Of a stretch of DNA of 54,768 nt, positions 6,414 through 17,382 are shown in pieces. The stretch's first letter is position 1. The number at the start of each line of letters is the position of its first letter. This DNA is from Minisyncoccota bacterium. GTDB taxonomy: Bacteria > Patescibacteriota > Minisyncoccia > Phycocordibacterales > UBA6899. Under the pieces are notes generated by a model. It saw only the letters and a program-made list of their open reading frames with translations, was not told the DNA's origin and searched no databases. The position numbers were made by a program, and so were the translations under genes. The stretch spans positions 7,284-62,051 of the forward strand of contig DALYED010000004.1 of assembly GCA_031972735.1 (NCBI GenBank), written 5' to 3'.

Positions 6414-7466
6414 GTGGGTGCGGTGCTAGTCACCATGCTCATTCTCCTGATACTCGTCGGACTCATCTGGAATGACCGCCAAACAGGAGCACAAGAAAGC
6501 GACAAAAGTCAGCTTAGTGCTCCACTCAAGCAAGAAATGCGCGGAGTGGTAACCACACAAGATTCTACTAAAGTAGTAAAAAATCTCATTCCAGAAGTTT
6601 TCTATCGAGTTGTTGTTCGCGGAGACACGCTTACCAAGATCGCACGTGAGTCGTGCAACACAATCGGTGACATCGCCACAGAGAATCATATCTCTGACAT
6701 CAATGTTATCTACGTGCACCAAACACTCACGCTTAAAAAGGTAGAACCATGTTCTCCGGTATTGGCGAAGTTGAAAACTTCTCCGGAGAACGTTCTGCAG
6801 TCACAACGCGGAGCTTCTCGGGAAAAGTCTTTATCACCCGATTCCGCGATTTCTTCGTTGCAACATGCTGGCACACAGCGCACCAATCGACTTGTCACTG
6901 ATGATATCTCTCCTGTCGAGTCAGTGCGTAATTGTGCGACTGTTGCATGGCGGATCAAGGATAACCTTGAAAAGCTCCGTATCAATGCAAAATGCATCGA
7001 AGAGATGTATGGTGAAATCATTCGAGATGCCATTCGCGAGGTAGATACTCGTATTGCATTTTATGATGTCATTGCGATCATCATTATCGAGTCCAAAGGC
7101 AACCCACTTGCTACCAACAGCGAAACGGATTGCCATGGACTGATGCAGCTCCAATCGCCCACTGCCCGAGGTTTCGGTGTCGCACATGTGTATAACCCCA
7201 GAGAAAATATCTTTGGTGGTGTACGCGTACTTTCGAACTATATCTTCGAAAAGTTCGGAGGTAGTCGTGCGCACGGAATCGCAGGATACAACATGGGTCC
7301 GTACAGCAAGTATTTCAAAGGTCACAATGACCCCAATAAGTATTGGTATGTACGTGATGTCGAGCGCATTCGAGCGATACTCGAACCACTTCCGCCCGTC
7401 TCTGGTGAAGAGATACTGCTTGAGCCGTCGCAAGAAATTGCGTCAGAAAGAAAATTGAAAGACTAG
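6414..7466 (+). CDS. LysM-domain lytic transglycosylase (SLT/GH23 domain)
   Basis: 350 aa with an N-terminal TM segment, the LysM block YRVVVRGDTLTKIARESCNTIGDIATENHISDINVIYVHQTLTLKK, and SLT motifs IIIESKGNP, HGLMQLQ and AGYNMGP. The start is uncertain (GTG 6414 or ATG 6435). Confidence 0.8.
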   Translation: MGAVLVTMLILLILVGLIWNDRQTGAQESDKSQLSAPLKQEMRGVVTTQDSTKVVKNLIPEVFYRVVVRGDTLTKIARESCNTIGDIATENHISDINVIYVHQTLTLKKVEPCSPVLAKLKTSPENVLQSQRGASREKSLSPDSAISSLQHAGTQRTNRLVTDDISPVESVRNCATVAWRIKDNLEKLRINAKCIEEMYGEIIRDAIREVDTRIAFYDVIAIIIIESKGNPLATNSETDCHGLMQLQSPTARGFGVAHVYNPRENIFGGVRVLSNYIFEKFGGSRAHGIAGYNMGPYSKYFKGHNDPNKYWYVRDVERIRAILEPLPPVSGEEILLEPSQEIASERKLKD

Positions 7467-7487
7467 TTTTTCAATTGCTCCAGAAGC

Positions 7488-7518
7488 AAAAACGCCCCAC
7501 AAAAGTGAGGGCGTTTTT
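7488..7518. terminator. Bidirectional rho-independent terminator between convergent genes
   Basis: AAAAACGCCC (7488..7497) pairs with GGGCGTTTTT (7509..7518) across an 11-nt loop. There is an A-run on one side and a T-run on the other. Confidence 0.7.
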
Positions 7519-7533
7519 ATAATTTCTACAACT

Positions 7534-8004
7534 TCATGCGATATCACCTGCAAATACTTTCTCAAGTGTTGCAATATCAAATTTCTTCATCGCAAGAAAC
7601 GCTTGAGTTACTCTCCCAATCTTTTCCATATCTCCAGATTTCATCATCTCATCCATGCGAGTTGGAACAATTTGCCAAGATAGACCATATTTATCTTTGA
7701 CCCATCCACACTGCTCTGCATCTTTCACAAAGGAAAGCTTCTCCCAGTAATAATCGATTTCATCTTGGGTGTCACAGCGAATGACAAACGATATTGCTTC
7801 GTTAAATTTAAACATCGGACCTGCTGTCATGAGACTTAATTCTTGCTCAAATATCACAAGCGTTGCCATCTCCACATTACCCGATGGAGTATCAGCAAGT
7901 GATCCATTGCTACGTAACATCGCATCAGGGAAAACTGAGATATAGAAGTCAGTAATTTCTTTTAAATTCTTATCAAACCAAAGAAATGGAGTAATTTTTT
8001 TCAT
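7534..8004 (-). CDS. VOC-superfamily protein, PhnB/YjdN-like (3-demethylubiquinone-9 3-methyltransferase-domain family)
   Basis: 156 aa with ITPFLWFDKNLKEITDFYISVFPDA...CGWVKDKYGLSWQIVP, which is typical of this family. Confidence 0.75.
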   Translation of the reverse strand: MKKITPFLWFDKNLKEITDFYISVFPDAMLRSNGSLADTPSGNVEMATLVIFEQELSLMTAGPMFKFNEAISFVIRCDTQDEIDYYWEKLSFVKDAEQCGWVKDKYGLSWQIVPTRMDEMMKSGDMEKIGRVTQAFLAMKKFDIATLEKVFAGDIA

Positions 8005-8140
8005 ACCATCAGTATAGCAAATTTCCTTGATGGAAGAATTTGGAGATGTGAGGTCTAATGTCTTTCAGTTGACTATGGAGTGTCCTAGATATTGCGCTCT
8101 GAAAAATAAAATACCGCCTCTGAAGGCAGTATTTCATTTG

Positions 8141-8213
8141 TGGACCGTACAGGACTCGAACCTGCCACCCCCGCATTGCAAATGCGGTGCTCTACCAGAT
8201 GAGCTAACGGCCC
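8141..8213 (-). tRNA. tRNA-Ala (anticodon UGC)
   Basis: The reverse complement reads GGGCCGT TA GCTC ATCTGGTA GAGC A CCGCA TTTGCAA TGCGG GGGTG GCAGG TTCGAGT CCTGT ACGGTCC A, with G3:U70 present. Confidence 0.9.
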
Positions 8214-8286
8214 AAAGTGCTACTATCGTAACAGAAGAGATTATACATGAATACTATTTTTTTTCCACCTTTTTTACAATGTTAAA

Positions 8287-9255
8287 CTATTTCTTTTGCG
8301 TAAGCGCAAGTGAGAGGATGTGGTCTATGAAATCGCTAAATTCAACTTTTCCTGCTTTTAACGCTTTCGGAAGGAGTGAATTATCAGTTAATCCTGGAAG
8401 GGTATTTATTTCAAGCAGATAAATACCATCATCCGCAATAATAAAATCAGAGCGCGAATAGTGGCGTGCACCAATTGCATGATGTGCTTTGAGTGCTAGC
8501 TCACGAAGTTTCCCATGTACTTCAAGGGTAAATCTTCCCGGACATATTTCTTCGGTTTCTCCGCTATATTTCACATCTTGGTCAAAAAAATCATGTGCTG
8601 GTGGAGGCACAATTTCGATTGGATAAAGCACAAATGACTCGCCAGGAGTTGTGCCCTCAATTACACAGACAGTTGCTTCCTTTCCAGGAATGAAGTCTTC
8701 TACGAGCACATCGCCATGTTGACTTGCTTCAACCAGCGCACTGCGTAGTTCATCATATGTACGTACAACTTTTGTGGCGAAGGAGGAACCACCCGATACA
8801 GGTTTTACAATAACGGGCATGTGTCGGTTGCGAAACAAATCAAATGCTACTTCAAACATGTTCGCAGTTTCGCTAATTACCTCACCGTGTGGAACTTTGA
8901 GTCCAGCTTCAGTAAAACGATCCTTTGCAAGTTGTTTGTGCATACCTACGGCAGACGCCATAACTCCCGATCCAGTATAAGGTATCTGCATTGCCTCAAA
9001 ATGCTGTTGCACTTTTCCATCCTCACCAAACTTACCATGCATTGCATTCCATACGACATCAACATGATGGTTAATATTTGCAAGGTCGGTGCGAATGCCA
9101 TTCATATACCAATCACCTCGTGGCGTGACGAGGATATCAACGGGGGTATATTTTTCACGATTGAGATGCCGGAGCACACTCTCACCTGTTTTAAGCGAGA
9201 CAACATATTCAGAAGATGGACCTCCTCGAACTACTCCTACGCGAATGTGCGACAT
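8287..9255 (-). CDS. ddl: D-alanine--D-alanine ligase
   Basis: 322 aa with IRVGVVRGGPSSEYVVSLKTG, the ATP-grasp block IVKPVSGGSSFATKVV, and LEINTLPGLT at the C-terminus. Confidence 0.9.
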   Translation of the reverse strand: MSHIRVGVVRGGPSSEYVVSLKTGESVLRHLNREKYTPVDILVTPRGDWYMNGIRTDLANINHHVDVVWNAMHGKFGEDGKVQQHFEAMQIPYTGSGVMASAVGMHKQLAKDRFTEAGLKVPHGEVISETANMFEVAFDLFRNRHMPVIVKPVSGGSSFATKVVRTYDELRSALVEASQHGDVLVEDFIPGKEATVCVIEGTTPGESFVLYPIEIVPPPAHDFFDQDVKYSGETEEICPGRFTLEVHGKLRELALKAHHAIGARHYSRSDFIIADDGIYLLEINTLPGLTDNSLLPKALKAGKVEFSDFIDHILSLALTQKK

Positions 9256-9304
9256 ACCTATCAGTATAGTGTATTCAGATGTTAGTATCTAGTATGAACA
9301 TACA

Positions 9305-10654
9305 CTATTTTCTTATCTTATCGCGTAGTTCACGGTGATACGCAACGGCAAAACGATGGGATTCAAGATTTGCAATTAATATCCCACGTTTATACGACTC
9401 TATCAGTTCTTTATTACCCATTATTGCTTTTGCTTTGTGCTTGTCATCTTTCACAACACTTACAATTGGAATAGTGAAATTGAGTTCTTTGAGTACCTTT
9501 TCTGCGCGTCTTTTTTGTGCTGTACCACCATCGATGACAAGCAGATCTGGACGTTGCCATTCAGGGTGTGCGAAACGTCTCATCAGCACTTCCTCAAGAT
9601 GAAGTGTATCGTCAGCTCGCTCACTCTCAATTCGTATTTTAAATTTGCGATAATCGCTTTTCTTTATCTGCCCATCTTCAACAACCACCATCACTCCAAC
9701 AGTGTACTTTCCTGAAATATGTGCGATATCGTAGGCTTCGATTCGGTATGCCCGATCTCTTTTTTTTGACGAGCGTTGTGAGTATTCGCGTATCTCTTCA
9801 TCTAAGAGTGACACATCTTTAATGTGCTTTAACGCATAGAGCATTTTTTTACTGTCGTTGGCTTGCTCAAATGCAAGCTCTTTTGCATGTGCATGCATTG
9901 ATTGAGTAAGGCGTTTTACCACTTCTGTTTTTTTGCCCTCAAAAAATAACTTAATATTTTTGAGTTGTTCGTTGTACTGAGTTGCATCAATTTCACCACT
10001 ACACACACCAGGGCAGAGACCGATTTGGCGATTAAAACATGGTTTCCCTGTACTTGGATCACCAAGCACTGGAGGAGTACATTTATCGCGAAATGGGAAA
10101 ATACGTCTGATGATCTTAAGTGCTTCTGCAAGACTCCTTCCTTGCGGAAAAGGTCCAAACGCTTGCTTGTATATCTTACCGTTATCACCTACGTCTGTGA
10201 GCATATTTCGTTCACGAATTACCAGTACTCGTGGAAATATTTCGTTGGTAAATACTACATAATTAAAACTTTTGTTGTCTTTTTCTTTAGTATTATAAAT
10301 TGGCTGGTGTTCCTTTATGAGTGCAGCTTCAAGAATGAGTGCCTCAAGTGCGGAATCTGTAGTGGTGTATGTTACAGAGCCAGCAAGTGTGACCATATCA
10401 ACAATATGCTTACCTCGAGTATGTAGTAGGTCATTACTAAAATAACTTCGGACACGATCTTTCAGTGACGTGGCTTTTCCTATATAGAGAATACCCCCAT
10501 TTGTATCAATAAATCGGTATATACCAGGCTCGTCAGGCAGTTTTAGTTCCTTGAGATTTACTTGAATCACAGTATGATCATACAATGAAGTATAGCTATT
10601 GACAAATATGTAATTAGTGATTTGATTAAGAAGTTCCTTTATAACCCGAAACAA
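9305..10654 (-). CDS. uvrC: Excinuclease ABC subunit C (short form)
   Basis: Carries GIY-YIG (PGIYRFIDTNGGILYIGKATSLKDRVRSYF) and the UvrC RNase H-like block RIEAYDIAHISGKYTVGVMVV. It ends without a (HhH)2 domain. A GTG at 10570, preceded by TTGTCA-17-TATGAT-6 nt, is a plausible true start. Confidence 0.85.
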   Translation of the reverse strand: MFRVIKELLNQITNYIFVNSYTSLYDHTVIQVNLKELKLPDEPGIYRFIDTNGGILYIGKATSLKDRVRSYFSNDLLHTRGKHIVDMVTLAGSVTYTTTDSALEALILEAALIKEHQPIYNTKEKDNKSFNYVVFTNEIFPRVLVIRERNMLTDVGDNGKIYKQAFGPFPQGRSLAEALKIIRRIFPFRDKCTPPVLGDPSTGKPCFNRQIGLCPGVCSGEIDATQYNEQLKNIKLFFEGKKTEVVKRLTQSMHAHAKELAFEQANDSKKMLYALKHIKDVSLLDEEIREYSQRSSKKRDRAYRIEAYDIAHISGKYTVGVMVVVEDGQIKKSDYRKFKIRIESERADDTLHLEEVLMRRFAHPEWQRPDLLVIDGGTAQKRRAEKVLKELNFTIPIVSVVKDDKHKAKAIMGNKELIESYKRGILIANLESHRFAVAYHRELRDKIRK

Positions 10655-10666
10655 TTGGAGACACTC

Positions 10667-11056
10667 ATGGAGCTTGTTATTTCAACCCCAACAACAGAGC
10701 AAGTCTATAAATTTCCTTCCCCTCTTCTGATACCAGAACGCGACAAATATCGTATTGCTGAGTGTATTAGCAAAGAGCATCAAATTGGCATACTTACTGC
10801 TCATGGTGCGTCGTTTGCTGATTTGATGGTTACCTGCCGCCAACTCGCGAACAACTACTTGATCATCTCAACTAAGCCCTACGACGATAAGCCTCCTGTT
10901 GCACTTTCGTGTGATGCTGCATACAAAGCTATCCTAAGTGGCACAATTCAATTTTTTCGCGAATATGGAAGAACAACATTGAGCGTCAAGGATCTGATCG
11001 TTGATTTGCCAGCAATTCTTGATGACATGGATCTGGTTGGACATCTTCGTCAGTAA
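10667..11056 (+). CDS. Hypothetical protein
   Basis: ORF-track frame 10622..11056, whose first ATG is at 10667 (MELVISTPTTEQ...). No recognisable motif. It is followed by a strong terminator. Confidence 0.5.
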   Translation: MELVISTPTTEQVYKFPSPLLIPERDKYRIAECISKEHQIGILTAHGASFADLMVTCRQLANNYLIISTKPYDDKPPVALSCDAAYKAILSGTIQFFREYGRTTLSVKDLIVDLPAILDDMDLVGHLRQ

Positions 11057-11069
11057 ATAACCCAAATGC

Positions 11070-11100
11070 AAACGGGGTCACATAAGTGACCCCGTTTTTT
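11070..11100. terminator. Bidirectional rho-independent terminator
   Basis: AACGGGGTCA (11071..11080) pairs with TGACCCCGTT (11088..11097), followed by TTTTT. It lies between convergent genes. Confidence 0.75.
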
Positions 11101-11110
11101 TACATGAGAA

Positions 11111-13762
11111 TTATTTTTTTCTTCTCAGCATTTTCTTTAAATATGTTCCTGTATGTGATTTTGTATTATTCGCAACCTCTTCAGGGGTTCCCTTGGCTAC
11201 TAGTTGCCCACCACCTGATCCACCCTCAGGTCCAATATCAATAATATAGTCACATGATTTAATCACATCAAGGTTGTGCTCAATGAGCATGACACTGTTT
11301 CCTTTCTCTACGAGCATCTGTAAGATATCTATAAGCTTTTGTACGTCTGCGTAATGTAGCCCTATTGTAGGTTCATCAAGGAGATAGAGTGTGCGTTGCA
11401 TAAGTGGTCGGTACAACTCAGAAGCAATTTTTACACGTTGCGCTTCGCCGCCTGAAAGAGTGGTGGCACTCTGCCCAAGAGCAAGGTATCCAAGGCCAAC
11501 ATCATTTAAGCTTTTCATGCGATCAGATATTGCGGGAATATCCTGAAAAAATGTGCATGCTTCCTCAACAGTCATTTGCAATACATCATAAATACTTTTC
11601 TTTCGCCATTTCACTTCGAGCGTTTCCTTTTGAAAACGCTTTCCTTGGCATACGTCACAAAGTACGTAAACAGTAGGGAGAAAGTGCATCTCAACTGCAA
11701 CCATGCCATTACCTTCACATGCTTCGCAACGCCCACCTTTCACATTGAACGAAAAGCGAGACGACTTCCATCCGCGTATGCGTGCTTCCTCACTCTCAGC
11801 AAACAGATCTCGAATGAAGGTCCATGACCCTGTGTAAGTAGCAGGATTAGAGCGTGGCGTGCGACCGATTGGAGATTGGTCAATAAGAATCGTGCGATGG
11901 AGATATTCAGTGCCCGTAAACTCAGAGCAGTTATAAATTTTTGCACTACGGTATTTTCTATCGAAACGTGCCTGCAGATTTTTGTGAACTAGTTCATACA
12001 GGAAAGTTGATTTCCCAGAACCAGAAACTCCCGTGATCGCAACCATGCGACCAAGAGGAATGCTTACATTCATATTGTTAATATTGAATGCCTTACCACC
12101 TTTGATCGTCAGCTCCCCTTTCTCTTTATCCCTGCGTTTTTCTGGTACTTTAATACTGACGTCACCTCGCAAGTAATCAAGGGTAAGTGACTTTTTCTTT
12201 TTATCAAGCAAAAGTTCTTCGAGGTACCCTGATACAACTACATGACCACCATGCACGCCTGCACCAGGACCAATATCGACTAAATAATCTGAAGCAAAAA
12301 TTGTATCTTCATCATGTTCAACAATGATGATTGAATTGCCCATATCTCGAAGATCACAAAGCGTTTTTATTAATCGATCATTATCTCGTTGATGAAGTCC
12401 AATAGTTGGTTCATCAAGTACATAGAGTGCTCCTACGAGTCGTGATCCAAGTTGTGATGCAAGTCGAATACGTTGCGCTTCTCCACCTGAAAGCGTATTT
12501 GCACGACGACCAAGAGTAAGATACCCAATTCCTACATCAAGCATGAAACGGAGTCGTGATTCAATTTCTTTAATAATCACTGATGAGATTTGGCGCTCCA
12601 TTTCTGTGAGTTCGAGAGTAATAAAAAACTCACTTGCCTCTTCAATCGACATATTTGTGATATCGAGAATACTTTTACCACGCGGATAGAGTACCTTATT
12701 CTTTTTCTTGAGTGTTTCAGACTCTTTAATGGCGTTTGCATCACCAATAGTGACATTGAGTGCTTCTCCTCGAAGCCGTGCACCCTTACATGTGTCACAA
12801 GGCTCATCTCCAAAAAAATGTTTTGTTCCAAGCCCATTACAGGATGGGCAGGCACCATAGGGTGAATTAAATGAGAACAATCGAGGTTCTATTTCTGGGT
12901 ATGAAAAACCATCATCTGGACAAGCAAATTTTGCAGACATAAGCGTCTCTTCTTCACCGATGACCATAAGTACAAGTCCATCGGTTTCCTCAAGTGCTTT
13001 TTCAACAGACTCAGCAAGTCGCTCTCGCACACCTTTTTGATTTTCTTTGAATTCAGAAACAAAAAATTCATCAACGAGAATATCAATATCGTGCTTTTTA
13101 GTTTTGGTTAACTCTATGCGATCTCGTAAATTTTTAATTTTTCCATCAACTCGCACTTTGGTATATCCTTTTGATAGAAAATCGTAGAGTAGTTGGTAGT
13201 ACTCCCCTTTTCTTCCTCGTATGACTGGAGCATAAACCCCAACTTTGAGTGTGGAGTATGGGACTCCCATTACAGCATCTTTTGCTTCATGTGCTCCGAT
13301 CTTGTCGACGCGCTCCGAAATAAAATCAATAATTTCTTCATTCGTAAGACGCTTAATTGGTTTTCCGCAAATAAGACAGTGCGGGATACCAACACGTGCA
13401 AACAATACGCGGAGATAGTCATAAATTTCAGTAATTGTAGCAACTGTTGAACGAGGGTTTGAAGAGTGAGATTTTTGATCAATTGAGATTGCAGGCGAAA
13501 GTCCCACAATTTCATCAACATCAGGTTTCTGCATTTGATTGAGGAATTGTCTTGCATATGCAGATAGTGACTCAACATAACGTCTTTGTCCTTCAGCAAA
13601 AATAGTATCAAAGGCGAGTGAAGATTTCCCTGAACCCGAAAGACCTGTCACCGCAACCATTTTATTGCGCGGCATCTCAACCGTAATATTTTTAAGGTTA
13701 TGTGTTCGAGCACCTCGAACTATTATTTTCTCTTCATGTTTTGGCTTCTCTTTTGATGACAT
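11111..13762 (-). CDS. uvrA: Excinuclease ABC subunit A
   Basis: 883 aa with two ABC ATPase modules ([12 protein letters not shown] and [10 protein letters not shown], plus LSGGEAQR twice) and zinc-finger cysteines. Confidence 0.95.
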   Translation of the reverse strand: MSSKEKPKHEEKIIVRGARTHNLKNITVEMPRNKMVAVTGLSGSGKSSLAFDTIFAEGQRRYVESLSAYARQFLNQMQKPDVDEIVGLSPAISIDQKSHSSNPRSTVATITEIYDYLRVLFARVGIPHCLICGKPIKRLTNEEIIDFISERVDKIGAHEAKDAVMGVPYSTLKVGVYAPVIRGRKGEYYQLLYDFLSKGYTKVRVDGKIKNLRDRIELTKTKKHDIDILVDEFFVSEFKENQKGVRERLAESVEKALEETDGLVLMVIGEEETLMSAKFACPDDGFSYPEIEPRLFSFNSPYGACPSCNGLGTKHFFGDEPCDTCKGARLRGEALNVTIGDANAIKESETLKKKNKVLYPRGKSILDITNMSIEEASEFFITLELTEMERQISSVIIKEIESRLRFMLDVGIGYLTLGRRANTLSGGEAQRIRLASQLGSRLVGALYVLDEPTIGLHQRDNDRLIKTLCDLRDMGNSIIIVEHDEDTIFASDYLVDIGPGAGVHGGHVVVSGYLEELLLDKKKKSLTLDYLRGDVSIKVPEKRRDKEKGELTIKGGKAFNINNMNVSIPLGRMVAITGVSGSGKSTFLYELVHKNLQARFDRKYRSAKIYNCSEFTGTEYLHRTILIDQSPIGRTPRSNPATYTGSWTFIRDLFAESEEARIRGWKSSRFSFNVKGGRCEACEGNGMVAVEMHFLPTVYVLCDVCQGKRFQKETLEVKWRKKSIYDVLQMTVEEACTFFQDIPAISDRMKSLNDVGLGYLALGQSATTLSGGEAQRVKIASELYRPLMQRTLYLLDEPTIGLHYADVQKLIDILQMLVEKGNSVMLIEHNLDVIKSCDYIIDIGPEGGSGGGQLVAKGTPEEVANNTKSHTGTYLKKMLRRKK

Positions 13763-13825
13763 ATCTAAAGTAGCGCGATTCTATCATAAAACGTGCTTTT
13801 TGACACCTTTCAAGAATTACCCTCA

Positions 13826-14659
13826 CTACTTTGGCTCTCGCGGTTTTGCAACAATTTGCTTTACCTCCTGCACGACTTCGTCAAGAGTGAAGTTTGCTTT
13901 GACGAGAAAATGATCAGCACCACCTTTCAGTGCTCGCTCAACATCTTCACGCTGACCAAAGTTTGAGAGCATGGCAACATGAGTACCATTGAGTGCCGGA
14001 TTTAATCTTACTCGGCGAAGCACTTCATAACCATCAATTCCGGGAAGTAAAATATCAAGTAAAATAATATTTGGGATATTTTTTTCTGCAAGCGCCAGAC
14101 CTTGTTCTCCGTCTACTGCAGTTGTGACGTCTAAATTTTCTTTAATCATTTTTTGAGCAGCAAGGTCACGTAAGAATTTATCATCTTCAACCATAAGCAC
14201 GCGGATCTTTTGGTCACTTTTCTGAACAAGTGGACTTGGTGTTACCAATGTCGCTTCATGAGCAGGGCCTATTTGCTTTGCGATCTTTGAAATAATCTGA
14301 TCAGGGGTAAATGATGTTTTGACAAAATAGTCCTTGATTCCTAAATGCAAACCTTTTGATATTTCCATCAAATCACCTGTGTTTGAAGCGATGATAATTG
14401 GGAGTTCTTTTTGCCACAATTCATTAGATGAGCGAAGCGATTGGATGATTGCAAATCCATCAAATGTTTGAGCACCTACGTCAAGAATCAGGAGATCAGG
14501 GTGATAGTGCTCAAATTCTGCAGCCGCAGTCTGAGCATCATGGACAGCAAGTGTCCCATAGCCAACTTCTCCAAGCTTTGAAACGAGTGTTTCTGAGATT
14601 GGTTGATCTGTGAGTATAATTAAAATTTTCTTTTCGACATCTGGATTCATATATATCAA
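13826..14659 (-). CDS. Response regulator with two receiver (REC) domains and no output domain
   Basis: 277 aa. The C-terminal REC is canonical ([12 protein letters not shown]...[15 protein letters not shown]...LVKANF). The N-terminal REC-like half reads ILIILTDQ...LLILDVG. Confidence 0.8.
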   Translation of the reverse strand: MIYMNPDVEKKILIILTDQPISETLVSKLGEVGYGTLAVHDAQTAAAEFEHYHPDLLILDVGAQTFDGFAIIQSLRSSNELWQKELPIIIASNTGDLMEISKGLHLGIKDYFVKTSFTPDQIISKIAKQIGPAHEATLVTPSPLVQKSDQKIRVLMVEDDKFLRDLAAQKMIKENLDVTTAVDGEQGLALAEKNIPNIILLDILLPGIDGYEVLRRVRLNPALNGTHVAMLSNFGQREDVERALKGGADHFLVKANFTLDEVVQEVKQIVAKPREPK

Positions 14660-14680
14660 TTAGTATAACATATTCTTGAG

Positions 14681-16117
14681 CTAAGAACTGAAAGGTAAGA
14701 GTACGTGAAAAGTTGTCCCTTGATCGATGATACTATCGAACCAAATCTTTCCCCCGTGTCGCTTGACCACACTTTGAGCTATGAATAGACCCAACCCAGA
14801 TCCATTTGTCTCTGTATGCACTGCATTGTTAGCACGAAAGAACCTTGAAAAAATCTTATCTTTTTCTGCTTCAGGGATACCAATGCCATTATCGGTGACC
14901 CAAAAATGAAGCTCTTCTTTTTCCATAGCAACACCAACAGTAACGACTCCATTCATTCTTGTGTATTTAATTGCATTATCAATCAAATTCTGAAGCACAT
15001 CACGCATTTTATCTGGGTCAATTTTAATTTTTTGCAGTGCTTCTTGTGGTGTACTGAGTTCAACACGAATATTTTTCTGAGTTGCAAGTGGCAATAGGTT
15101 TTCAATCATATTTTGCACCAGCTCTTCAAATTGCACGGGAACAAAATTATATTTTATTTTTCCTGATTCAAGCCTATCGACAGCAAGCATGTCATTAATA
15201 AGTCCTATCATGCGCTCATTTGAATCAAAACCTTTTGTAATCAGGTCCTTCTGTTCTGGGTTAATTGGTCCTGCATCTTGATCCAATAGAATTTTAAGCG
15301 TCCATTTGATTGCAGAAAGTGGCGTTCTCAACTGATGTGCAACGATTGAAATGATTTCCGATTTCATTTTATCTAGCTGTGTAAGCTTTTCATTTGCACC
15401 AGAAAGCTCAAGATCACGGCGCACTAACAACTTTGCGCTTTTATCAAATTCTACAGTGAGCTCTTCGAGGCGTTTTACATGACCTTCTTCTTTTGTGATC
15501 TGCTCAATTAACAGAATGTCACGTGCGCGTAAAAGTCGGGAGATATAACCACCAAAAAAACCCATGAGAAGAAAGACGAGAAAAAGAATTCCGTCTTTTG
15601 TGAGTTCAATAGAAAGTTCGCGTGTAATTGTGGCAGTTCCAAATTGAAAAAGCTGAGTAAATACTCCTGCACGTATAAATGCTGAAAGGAAAATGAGGCA
15701 ACCCGAAACCACAGCAACAGCAATTGACCCTCGAAAACCAAAGAGGATCATTGAGACCATGATCGTAATCGAAAAAAACGAGTGAGCAATACTATCTACA
15801 CCCCCGCCAGTAAGCAATATAATGACAAAAAAGAAACAGAGATCGATTGAAATTTGGCTTAAATTGAGTGCATTGAGTCGCTTTTCAGAAATACTTCCCT
15901 GATTGAGATTGTGGAGATAGAAATAGAAAAAAATATTACTGAGTAGTACCAAGAGTACTGCTACAGCGGCAATGACCATTGCACGTGGCATATTTGCATC
16001 CTCATTTGTAATTACACTCAAGAGAAATGCGAGTAATACATAGTACCATCGCGCGTCTATAATCCAACGCGTTGACTGTAATCTCGTATTTGAATGATGG
16101 ACATTCTCAAGTTGCAT
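14681..16117 (-). CDS. Membrane sensor histidine kinase
   Basis: 478 aa with multiple N-terminal TM segments, the HisKA H-box IVAHQLRTPLSAI, and the HATPase_c blocks NLIDNAIKYT, DNGIGIP and GSGLGL. Confidence 0.9.
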   Translation of the reverse strand: MQLENVHHSNTRLQSTRWIIDARWYYVLLAFLLSVITNEDANMPRAMVIAAVAVLLVLLSNIFFYFYLHNLNQGSISEKRLNALNLSQISIDLCFFFVIILLTGGGVDSIAHSFFSITIMVSMILFGFRGSIAVAVVSGCLIFLSAFIRAGVFTQLFQFGTATITRELSIELTKDGILFLVFLLMGFFGGYISRLLRARDILLIEQITKEEGHVKRLEELTVEFDKSAKLLVRRDLELSGANEKLTQLDKMKSEIISIVAHQLRTPLSAIKWTLKILLDQDAGPINPEQKDLITKGFDSNERMIGLINDMLAVDRLESGKIKYNFVPVQFEELVQNMIENLLPLATQKNIRVELSTPQEALQKIKIDPDKMRDVLQNLIDNAIKYTRMNGVVTVGVAMEKEELHFWVTDNGIGIPEAEKDKIFSRFFRANNAVHTETNGSGLGLFIAQSVVKRHGGKIWFDSIIDQGTTFHVLLPFSS

Positions 16118-16151
16118 AACAATACTGGTCTTATGTTACGTGATATGGTGC

Positions 16152-17327
16152 CTATTCAGCAAGTAACCATATGAGTAATGAACCATTATGGAACGGTACG
16201 TGACCACCAAGCCTATCTCCAATTTGAGCATAAGAATAGTAGCCCGCAATTGGTACATCGCGACCGATGATCTGCTGTATGACTTGGATCTCCTCATCTG
16301 CTTTACTTCCCAGCATTTTTTTTCTTGCAACTGAATTAATAATGATTGCTGCCTTTGGTTTTCTTCCTTCAAGTTTTGCCACTGCTTCAATGGCAGTCTG
16401 TTTTGCAATTTCCAGCCCTTGTTCAATATCAGAAATCATTAACCGCACATCAGCACCCTCAGGTATTGCAGAAGTAAATGTCATTCCTCCTTTCTGATCA
16501 ACAAAAATTGGTGTTCGGAGAATGACATTATTTGTTTCGGGAAGAAATACTCCGAGTGGATACGAAACTGCAAGTGCAGGAAGGAGTCCCTCGTGGAGTT
16601 CAGAAAGATGCTCTTCTCCAAAATACTCTTCATAAATTGACACTGCAGGCTTGCCGTCAATTTCAAGTAATGTTGTTCCCTCAGAGTGAGTGACACTCCG
16701 AGCAATGCCGATAGGGAGAAATCCATGACGAGCAACTCCAACTGCATGATATTCGCCTGAAATACCAACCCCAACAGCAGATCCGTTATAGGCTTTATCC
16801 CCAAGATATTGGTAGGTTTGAAAAAATAACATATCGTCTGCTGCAGAACCTCCATATATGGGGAAATTTTGTCCGAGTCGTTCAAGCATTCCCGAAAGTG
16901 CAAGTTCGCCGTTGCCTGAAATAATATCAAGAAAAAGTAGCGCAGATGTCATGTAGCCATGTGAATCATATTCAAGTGTATTCGCAAGCTCCTGTCCTGC
17001 CTGCTTTGCATTCCACATAATATGATTACCAACGGCCCCCCAAAACTTTACTTTATCTGAGGCAATCGCTAACACGACAACGCTTTTTTCAAGTGATAAA
17101 CCGTCACCAGAAATTTCACCAGCAGATGAGCAACCTACAAGCAGAACTCCAGGCGCGGAAGCAGAGATACCTTCAATCAGCTTATCTTGATCAAATGCTA
17201 TTGATGCAAATACAAAAAGTACTTCTGGCTTGTGATGTGAAAGACCAGCGAGTGCTACAGTGCACGCATCTACACCTGCGCGATAAGCATCAGCACCAGA
17301 TCCAACCCCAACACTTGCAGCGATCAT
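16152..17327 (-). CDS. FIST-domain signal-transduction protein
   Basis: 391 aa with FIST_N/FIST_C-like blocks (LLVGCSSAGEISGDG and AGYYSYAQIG). It is the first gene of the kinase/regulator operon. Confidence 0.7.
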   Translation of the reverse strand: MIAASVGVGSGADAYRAGVDACTVALAGLSHHKPEVLFVFASIAFDQDKLIEGISASAPGVLLVGCSSAGEISGDGLSLEKSVVVLAIASDKVKFWGAVGNHIMWNAKQAGQELANTLEYDSHGYMTSALLFLDIISGNGELALSGMLERLGQNFPIYGGSAADDMLFFQTYQYLGDKAYNGSAVGVGISGEYHAVGVARHGFLPIGIARSVTHSEGTTLLEIDGKPAVSIYEEYFGEEHLSELHEGLLPALAVSYPLGVFLPETNNVILRTPIFVDQKGGMTFTSAIPEGADVRLMISDIEQGLEIAKQTAIEAVAKLEGRKPKAAIIINSVARKKMLGSKADEEIQVIQQIIGRDVPIAGYYSYAQIGDRLGGHVPFHNGSLLIWLLAE

Positions 17328-17382
17328 ATAGTGAAATTATACCATGAACAGACAACAAAATAGTTGTGATCGGTATGGTTAA

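Noticed and set aside
8027-8422. A 131-aa plus-strand ORF
   Set aside because: It runs straight through tRNA-Ala(UGC) on the opposite strand and into the 3' end of ddl. It is an artefact of the open frame.
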